A stretch of DNA of 20,000 bases from Paramecium tetraurelia (taxonomy: Eukaryota). How positions within the stretch are numbered: position 1 is the stretch's first letter; every line of letters starts with the position of its first letter. The notes under the pieces were generated by a model. The model was given only the letters and a program-made list of their open reading frames with translations, was not told where the DNA came from and ran no database searches. This document shows positions 11,356-20,000 of this stretch, piece by piece. Where the stretch lies: assembly GCA_000165425.1 (NCBI GenBank), contig CT868022.1, positions 242,694 to 262,693 on the forward strand, in the 5' to 3' direction. The position numbers and the translations under genes were made by a program.

Positions 11356-13369
11356 ATGATCGTATTGATGATTTCATTGATGCAATATGCATTAGCATAT
11401 GAACTTGATGTAAATACATTCTCAAATTATCTGGATGTCTAAAATAGGCATTTGCATTTAGAATGGTTATTAAATATGGACAAAAAATATATCAATTCTA
11501 CATCATCATACAGATTTTAAGTTGTGGGTCGTTCAATTAATAAAGTATGAAATTTGATGTATCATAGATAACATTGGATATCTATAAGTTAAATATTTAT
11601 TCAACCTATCTTTAAAATGGACTGTCACTTTCACACACAATAGACAACCCATATGAGGACTCTGATCAAGGATCGCGACTGAATATTCAATTAGATAAGA
11701 CATATTACAAAGGATAATATATAGAATTATCTATAAAATACTCTATCGATTCAAAATCTAGATCGATTAGTTTTATGACAAAAGAGTAAACCTCAACAAA
11801 AAGTAACATCAACTACAATAATTATAGCAATGCCCTACATATTTTCATAATGTGAAGATGCAAATTGCAGAGCTTTGGCTCCTTTGTAAGACACTCCTAC
11901 AGTCAAATAGACTTACACTGCAACTGTGATATTTAAAGATACAGAAGCAGCAGATGTATTTATGTCAGCGGATGAAAGCAAAGAAGAATTCCAAGTGCTT
12001 TATAGACCCAAAGATTAAGCTGGTTTCACATGGAAATATAAATATTTTATTCAAAAAGTTCCAATACCTAGTTATCTGATTGCAATAGTTGCAGGTAATA
12101 TCAAGAAAGTGCCTACAAGTACTGGAGGTAGAACATTTTTAGTTAGTGAGCCTGATAAAACAGAGGCATACACTGCTGAACTTAAAGATATGGAATAATT
12201 CATGTAGGCCATAGAACAATATATTGGTCCATACACTTGGGGAACCTACACTTTAGTAATATAGCCTGCTTCCTTTCCTATTGGAGGAATGGAAAATCCT
12301 CTTTTAACCTTTGCTAACCCTACAATTATGACAGGTACTGGGAGCGGATTAGATGTAACTATTCATGAAATGGCTCATTCATGGTTTGGTAACACCATAA
12401 CATGTGTTAATTGGGCTAATATGTGGATAAATGAGGGATTTACAGTGTTCCTTGAAAGGAAAGCATCCTTATTCCATTATCAGATTCCTGATGAAATCAA
12501 ATTAAATGCCATAATTGGAAATACATCCATGTACTAGGACATGCTTGGCTTTGGGCTTGATAGTAACTTCTCATCACTTCATCCTGATACTACCGGACTT
12601 AATCCAGACGATTCATTCAGCAAAATCCCTTATGAAAAAGGATACTAGTTTCTAGCTTATTTGGAATCCATAGTTGGAGAAGCTGATTTTAAATAGATGC
12701 TTAGAGCATATTTGGTTTAATACAAATATTAATCGATTGATCAACAGGAATTCCAAAACTTTTTACTGAGATACTTATATGAGAAATAAGTAGATGATTT
12801 TTCAACTAAGAGATACAAAATCTTAGAAAATTGGAACAAATGGGTTTATTCTCCAGGATTGCCTCCTGTGATTCTAGATTTTTCAACTCCAAAATTAGCT
12901 GAGGCTTATGATTACACTACTGCTTACATCACTGCTGATGGCTAATAGCCTACTAAATGGTAAAATTATTTTACTTTCTTGCATTCCTAAAAATAAGTTT
13001 TCTTAGAAGATCTCTTTAAATAAGCTTAGAATAATTTATTGAAAATAAATGTTATCAATTAAATGGATAAGGATTTAAAATTAACAGAAGAGAAAGACTT
13101 TGAGTTGAAATTTAGATGGTTCAGAGCAATTTTGACAGCAGGTGACAAAACTAGATTTACTTAAATTTCAGACTTTTTAGGATCTGTTGGAAGAGGCAAG
13201 ATGGTCTATCCAGTCTATAGAGCTTTAAATTAATTGGATCAGTATTTATTATCATTATCTTAGTGATTTTGCTGTAAAAACATTCAAAAATCATGAAGCA
13301 TTCTATCATCCGATTGCAAAAAATAATATAAAGAATATCCTTGGATTGAAAGAGAACATTATTTAATGA
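11356..13369 (+). CDS. M1-family zinc aminopeptidase, leukotriene A4 hydrolase-like, with predicted signal peptide, ~647 aa
   Basis: Motifs DVNTFSNY, YIFSQCEDANCRALAPLQDTP, PIPSYLIAIVAG, GGMEN (12283-12297), HEMAH (12364-12378) x18 NEG, IPYEKG, and LTA4H-type C-terminus VGRGKMVYPVY...FYHPIA. Introns 11545-11567 (23 nt), 11803-11827 (25), 13242-13263 (22). TGA at 13367-13369. Confidence 0.95.
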
Positions 13370-13801
13370 ATATATATATGAGGTCTATCAATATTTACAG
13401 TATGTTTATTATATCTAAAAATATCTTAAGCTTTGAATTTTTAGTAGATTGAATTATCATTTATAAATTAATTCTCTACATTTTGTTGTAATTAGATAAT
13501 AATAATCTACAAATTATATTTTCTAAAGATTATTAATTCATTAAGTTAGATTTCCATCATATTAAAATATATACAAAAATTTCCAAAGAGATGAGACATT
13601 TGAGATTAAAATATCTATCGAAATTAAAGTTCAAATTGATATCAATTTTATTCCTAAGCTAATTTTCTTAAATTAAAAAGGATTTTTGTCATTTATAGAT
13701 ACGAAATATAACATGCCTATGATTGCAGAATTACAAATAAATATTTTAGATCCTTATAAAGTATTTATTAATATCTTAAAAAAAGAATAAATAAATTAAT
13801 T

Positions 13802-16033
13802 ATGAAAAGACATAGCATAGGAAAAAAATTTCGCAAAATTAAAGCCTTGAAGAAGGCTGATCCTCATGCAATTATTCCTGAAGCTCCAGAATAATTATAA
13901 CAATATATTAAAGAACTTACTTCAAAAGGATTAAAGATCAATAAAGTTTAATACGCTATGTTTTAAACAAAAAATGGGTTGCGTTATCCTGGTTTAATTG
14001 GTATTTGCTAATTTAGATTTAGCGACGGAGCCCATAAAGTCAAAGGATACTCTGGTCTCTCTACCAAAAGAATTATTATTAACCACTCGACATGCATTTG
14101 AATCTCCATTAAAGCAAGTTTTTATGGAATTCCCACAGCTTTTTAGCCCTAAATTCCTCCCTTAATGGGAAGATTACCAATTTCTAGCATTTTTACTCTA
14201 TGAATATTAGAAAGGTCCTGAGTCAAAATGGCATTTACTCATTTCCAATTTACCCAGAGATATTGATTATGCAGTGTTTTGGAGACCAGAAGATTAAGCA
14301 TTTTTAGAAGATAAATATTTAGTCAAGTTGGCCAAAAAATAACGTTAAGATTTTATGGTTGCCTTTAAAACACTTAAATTCATTACAGATAAATATCGAA
14401 ACCTATTTAAGCCAGGGATAGTAACAGAAGAAAATGCAATCTGGCTTTATACACATATTATTTCAAGATCATTTGGAGGCCAAGGATTAAAATATGTCAC
14501 TATGGTTCCATTTTGTGAATTGTTTAATCATGAACAAGTTGATGTTTGTTATGACTTTTCGTACAAGGACAGGTCTTCAAATTACGATGATGTATTCATG
14601 TCTAAGAAAATAGTTAAAGGATAAGAGGATGTTGATGTTGATGATCTGTCTCTTTCCTCTTCTGATCATTCTTAGGGTTCAGAAGATGATATAAGTGATT
14701 CTGAATTTGTGATGGATGATTATGATGAATATACAGAATTTGATTTCGATTCATTTAAGGAATTTTCTTATAGAAATTTTCTTGAAAATCAAAGGAAGAT
14801 GTCTGATATAAAACCATTACCAAATGAAGAACAAGAGGAATTCTACAAAAGAGTTTAAAATCAATAATTGTTATTGAATAAATTGAGGAAAGAGTTTCAC
14901 ATTAAGTTAAATATCTAAAGAGATGTTTTTCAATTAGCAATTGATTGTAAATCATTTTTATTCAAAAACATTGATTTTGGAGATAATTATTCAATATTCT
15001 TTTTAGGATAAGTATTCAACGTGTTGGACACTACCATCTCAGATTATTTTGAAGATGAAAAATCCTCAGCCAAAGCGAGAGAAGATATCAAGAAAGTCTA
15101 AATAACTTGCACTGTTTACAAGGATTATTTATATGGATTTTTAAATAATGTAATGAAAAAGCCAATCTAGCAGAAAATCAATATGTTTGCTCAAAAAATT
15201 GGCAGGAAAATAATAAGAGGGTTTGAAACTATTGAACAAGTATTATCTCAACCCGTTGATCGTAAATCAGAATATTATAAATCTGATTGGGAAATAGATA
15301 ACTTTGAAAATTTTCATATGCGAACCAGAGATCCATTCGAAAAAGGAGCTTAAGTATACTTCTGTTATAGTCGCTTGTCAAATAGATAAATGCTCTTGAA
15401 ATATGGAATGGCTTTGGAATACAATAAATACGATAGTACATTTTTGAGAGTTGAATATATAAAGTATCTTAAAAACAAGGAAGCTATTTGGATGGTTCAT
15501 AGATTTAAACTCAATAAATTCAAAAGGTTTAAATTAAAATATACCGTTCCCCCTTATGACTTAATAGTATTTTGCAAATTCGTTAATTGGTATTTTATAA
15601 TTTTTAATGATATATAGGACTCTATATGTAAACTCAACTGATACTCTTTTTAAAATTAAAGACTTTAACTTAGAAAGAAAGGCATTATCTTTAGCTCTAC
15701 AAATTTTAGTAGAAGAGAATGCAAGTTTCAAAGAAACAATTGAAGAATTAGAGAAATAACTATTTGACGAAAGCGTAGGATATCACGAATATTTTGCAAT
15801 AGTTTATAGATTGGAAAGGCTTAGAATATATCGCCACAATATTAAGTAATTTAATGTATTATTGAAGTTTAATCAAAATATGTATAGTTGTTCTTGATAG
15901 AATCATGAATGGTGTTCCATTTTAAGAAGCTATTAAAAAAACAGAGTACGATAACGACCTTTACGATACAAATCGTCATATACTACAGATGTATTTTGAT
16001 TAAATGAAATCATTGGTGTAATTATCAAAATGA
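13802..16033 (+). CDS. SET-domain protein lysine methyltransferase, Rubisco-LSMT/SETD3/SETD6-like, ~719 aa
   Basis: Motifs YPGLIATEPIKSKDTLVSLPKELLLT, FLLYEYQKGPESKWHLLISNLP, WLYTHIISRSF, MVPFCELFNH, and GAQVYFCYSRLSNRQMLLKYGMALEYNKYD, followed by an LSMT substrate-binding-like helical tail (TIEELEKQL...AIVYRLER). Introns 14001-14022 (22 nt), 15590-15617 (28), 15846-15867 (22). TGA at 16031-16033. Confidence 0.92.
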
Positions 16034-16682
16034 ACTAAATTTGTTGTTGAAGTATTATAAATGTGTTTTAAATAAATTATAAAGATTACTAGTGACATAA
16101 TGATTTTAAATTTAAATAAGAAGTAAAGTTTGGAGAATAACTAGAGACTTAACATATGAGCTTTTAGGTAAATTAAAACTTATTTTTATCCTAAACCCAA
16201 CAAAAAATTTGGATTTGAACTTAAGTCTTAATTTTAATATATTGTTTTATTGATATTTATAAATATACATAAATTATAAGATACAATTTTTACTACATAC
16301 TGATATCAATAATTATTTTCTCATATATTTATAAAAGAAAATATAAATTAAAATTATGTTGAAACGCAATATTTTGTCTGTAAAGATATCAGAGACAATT
16401 AAATTTTTATAATGTTTGCATAAATATTGATTTTATTTTATGAGGCGTTTACCGATTTTTATTTATTTTGATTTCTATTTGAATTAATCTTTATTGTTGT
16501 CACCAATCTCCTACACTTTATATTTTTCTCTAAATTTTGAAAGCGAAAACTACTTATAATCAATTAATACCTGAAAATGATAGATAAAATTACATAATTG
16601 AAGATTATTATGAAGCATTTAGACTCCATATACCTGAAAAATTTGATAACTAATTTAATATAAAAATTAATATTGTTGTAAC

Positions 16683-18932
16683 TCAAATTTCTTTATATTT
16701 TCTGATTTTTAATTCACTGCTATGACTATCATATGTTACTAAGTAAGTCCCATCATTTGATATACTTCCAAATAATCCACAACAATCACACATATTTTCA
16801 AATTCTTATATTGTTTGAAATTCTCCATTTTCTTTATGTTTAATGATATTTACATAACATCCATTCTTATTTAGTAGGACTAATTTGTCTTTAATATATT
16901 TTTAAGGGAATAACTCACTACAATTTGCACCTGATTTAATACTTACGTCTTGTTTGCTTTTTATAAATTATTTGCTTGATTAATCATATTCATAAATATG
17001 CATTATATTCAAGGATTCAGGTTAGAATGTAAATTTAGTATTTGATATAAAACATAAACTAAATCCATACCTTTCAACCTGTATTTTTTAGATTGTACTC
17101 CATTATTTATTGTTATTTTGTTATATGATTAATAACAATTTATCTGTTCCACATGATATTAATTAATTTTATGACAAATTCAATGCTAAACATCTGACCT
17201 TTTCAGTATGATCCGACAATGTCTATCTGCACTTCCACTATTAATTTTCTTAAATCCAAAATTTGATTGTCTTATCTGTACTACCAGAAATTATACAATC
17301 CTCTTAGTTATTTGTGATTAAACAATTAATTTTATCAGTATGACCTTCTAATTTTTATAAAACTTTCCATTACTTCTTATTATCCATACTCCATATTATA
17401 ATGAACTTATCATCACTGCAAGAAATAAATTAAGAACTATTCTACATAAAAAATAAAGAGTTAATCTAATCCTTATGCTCTTTAAATTATTAGATCTCTT
17501 TCGCTATTCCAGAATTAAAATCATATACTTTGATATTTCCACTACTTTAACCCACAATCATCATAGATAGTTCTTTATTAAATATTATTGATCTGCATTT
17601 AGTATTTTCTTTCAATTAAGAAATCAGTTCATAAGTAAATGATTTTTTAGTTTATGGTAGAGCTACTTACTCATTACAATTAACCTAAAGACTGACAACT
17701 GCTTATGTTATTGATAATTAATATTGAATTTGTGTTTCAGCATCAACCTTATTGATCTGATTTTTAACATCTTGAATAACTGGCTTTGAAACCAATTAAG
17801 AAAAACTAGAATTAATTAGATTCTAGAACTACATCATTTGTGAACTAATCAATTATTCAATAGCTGATTCTTTGGATTAAAATTCTTTTTCTAAGGTTTA
17901 ATTAAAAATAACGATTCTATTTTATTGACTAAGCAGATTCGCAATTCTTATGAGTTCTTCTTTGCTTAATTGATACCAAGCTTTTTAAATTAATTAATGA
18001 TGCTATTCAAGTTCATCATTTCCTTGTGAGGCTTTTTCTTAAATAGATTATATTAATTGGTCAAATTATTAAATCATAACGTCTTTTGATTCCTTCAATT
18101 AATGAATTACTTATTATTGTTTTTTTTAAGTATTACTTATATATATATTAAAAAGAGCCAAGACTTATTCATTATAACTTTTCCAAAGTTCTTGCATTTA
18201 ATCTAAATCAGTATATTGAATAACATATTCAGGAACACATTTTAAGCAAGCCACTCTACTTGGAATGCTCTTTTATGATTATAAATCAACAAAAGCTATC
18301 TAAAGTTAATGTTTTTCACAAATCCAATTAGCAGTTTATTCTTGATTGTAATTTGTCAATAGCCCAAAATCAAAAAATTGGTTTATGATCTCATTCTGTT
18401 CAAAACCTTCAATCCTTTAGATTAATTGATCAAACTTTGATTTACATATGCTTGCAAATAAGTTCCCTATTTGGGTAATAAATGATTATTATAATTCTCT
18501 ATAATTCACTTATTATTTTATGATTGTACTTTTATCTTGGTTGATAAGTTCTATTTGATCAAACTAAATATCATTTATCATCTTCTGAAATTATTAAGAG
18601 GATTATTCAATAAATTGAATTTCTGAATCAATATTTTGGTTGATTTTGTCAATTAAAACATTGATGTTTTTGCAAAGAGTTAAAAGCTGTTCCTTTAGAT
18701 CATTTAATATGCCAATGTTCTACAAATTAATGGATTCTCCTTATTACAAAACTGCAGACTTTGTTTCCTCAAACTATTTTTTTGCATCATCTATCAAAAT
18801 TAAACTCTTTTATTAATCGACTACACATTTATGACAAAGTTTCAGTGCTTTTTATTAAGATTCTGATTTTGTTAAAAATACCGCAACTTCCTTGTGATCT
18901 AAACATTACGCAAAATCATGTAATTTTTGCAT
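16683..18932 (-). CDS. WD40-repeat protein with two N-terminal CxxH-x19/20-CxxC zinc-finger + coiled-coil modules, 749 aa, intronless
   Basis: ATG at 18932, TGA at 16685-16683, 2250 nt open in table 6. Clear WD repeats from ~17640 down: EHKDQINSLFFMQNSSQFISCSDDKFIIIW, LEGHTDKINCLITNNQEDCIISGSTDKTIKFW, LSDHTEKVRCLALNLSQNQLISCGTDK; ends FGSISNDGTYLVTYDSHSSELKIRKYKEI. Confidence 0.93.
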
Positions 18933-19574
18933 TATTAAAAATATTTATGGGTTTTATATCAAGCAAACAAGAGTTGGATCAAGTATTAATTGAAAATGAA
19001 TTCAAGAGTAAATTCCAATAAATTGTAAATTTGTCGATATTGGGTTCACAAAGTAATCAAAATTGTTTATGGTAATTTTTTAATAAGTCTATCAAAATGT
19101 CAATTAAATTATACTTATTTCGAAATATGATTAAGTAAATTCAAGAGAAATATAATTTATTTATAAAAGACAAAAACTAAATAATATATTTATTTTCATC
19201 ATCTATATATCTTAATCTACTACATTTAGGAATAGCTAAACACTTTTAAAAAATATACTTTTTAATTTGAATTTTCAAAAGGTTTACTTATACTTTCATA
19301 ACTTTTAAGGCCTTGAAAAAACTATGAGGTAAATTTTAAATTGTATTACTTACCCTGAGAGTTGATATGAACTATTATTAAATATTTAACTTTAACAATA
19401 AAAAAGACCAAACTCTAAAGAGTAATAGGTAATTTATTGTGTAAAATTATACTTTATTACTATTTAAACATTTATAAATAATAAAATTGTATTTTTTTTT
19501 TTACATTTTTCCAATAAAAGGTTTTAAAAAAATAGATTATTAATTATTCAATTGGTTGATATATAATTTAATTA

Positions 19575-20000
19575 ACTTGTGCTCATATCCTCTCTAATAC
19601 CTTTAAAAGTCTCATAGAATCTGTCAGCCAGATAGTGTAAGACATCATTCTTCAGATCGACTGAAGGTTCACTAGAAAAGAACCCACAGCCAACACACCT
19701 TTTAAGGTGGAGTAACCATCATATAAATAGTCTGTTCGCTCGGGTCTTTCATGCTGAAAATTCACATCCAAATGTTGATAACTTCACAACCCATCTTCTG
19801 CATACCTAACGTACATAAACCTTGGAAAGTTATTAATTATTGCAATCACATCATAACTCTTACCATAATGTGGTTTCTACATAGAGAGGTGAAGAATAGA
19901 GCGAACTATTTCACAGTAAAGATATACAGCAGGCTCTACCGTACAGAGGCCTATGCGGCCTTTACAAATTACCTACTATAACCATGACTGATTTTGGCTA
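19575..20000 (-). ncRNA. Candidate structured non-coding RNA (or ncRNA cluster), 5' part outside the window; family not identified
   Basis: Abrupt rise to ~39% GC (hand count 148/380 over 19621-20000) after very AT-rich intergenic DNA, no convincing gene model on either strand, and a chain of stem-loops whose G-U pairs work on the minus strand. Confidence 0.35.

Noticed and set aside
16034..16682. Short plus-strand frames and a repeated TACCTGAAAA (16568, 16631) between convergent genes
   Set aside because: No consistent ATG-to-TGA model, and a 10-mer AT-rich duplicate is expected by chance.
15229..19021. Supplied ORFs 15229..15441 (-) and 18761..19021 (+)
   Set aside because: Antisense to the SET and WD40 genes respectively, with no recognisable motifs.
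19561..20000. TGA-free plus-strand frame and supplied ORF 19751..19981 as a protein gene
   Set aside because: The long frame has no ATG until the last few codons, and neither translation resembles a known family; minus-strand frames contain TGA that tiny introns do not remove. Not fully excluded.
19575..20000. Matches to specific RNAs: U2 (TTTTGGCTA at the edge), group I intron R/S-like words, RNase MRP/P P4, U17/snR30 m2 (AAACCA), rRNA GAAAGACCC
   Set aside because: Each is a short isolated word lacking the required flanking sequence, partner motif or orientation.
1..20000. CRISPR arrays, tRNAs, telomeric repeats, transposases
   Set aside because: None seen by eye; the only simple repeats are A-runs and short AT tracts.

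Overview
AT-rich eukaryotic DNA from a ciliate, most likely the somatic (macronuclear) genome of a Paramecium species. Genes open only with translation table 6 (TAA/TAG=Gln, TGA=stop) and carry tiny 22-28 nt GT-AG introns, so the supplied standard-code ORF track is mostly fragments or artefacts. Re-translation by hand gives seven intact genes: a single-pass membrane protein (-), 40S ribosomal protein eS4/RPS4 (+), a membrane-anchored RBR E3 ligase (-), an intronless ~1975-aa NACHT-pentapeptide-beta-propeller (NLR-like) protein (+), an M1/LTA4H-like aminopeptidase with a signal peptide (+), an LSMT/SETD3-type SET methyltransferase with a large insertion (+) and a Zn-finger/coiled-coil/WD40 protein (-). 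There is also a probable decayed gene (~757-2006) and a GC-enriched, hairpin-rich block running off the right edge (candidate ncRNA). The most intriguing signal is the NLR-like protein's 70-aa leader ending in a ubiquitin-type LRGG, followed directly by a cryptic myristoylation/palmitoylation motif (GCLVCKC). All calls come from manual reading; no database searches or folding programs were run.
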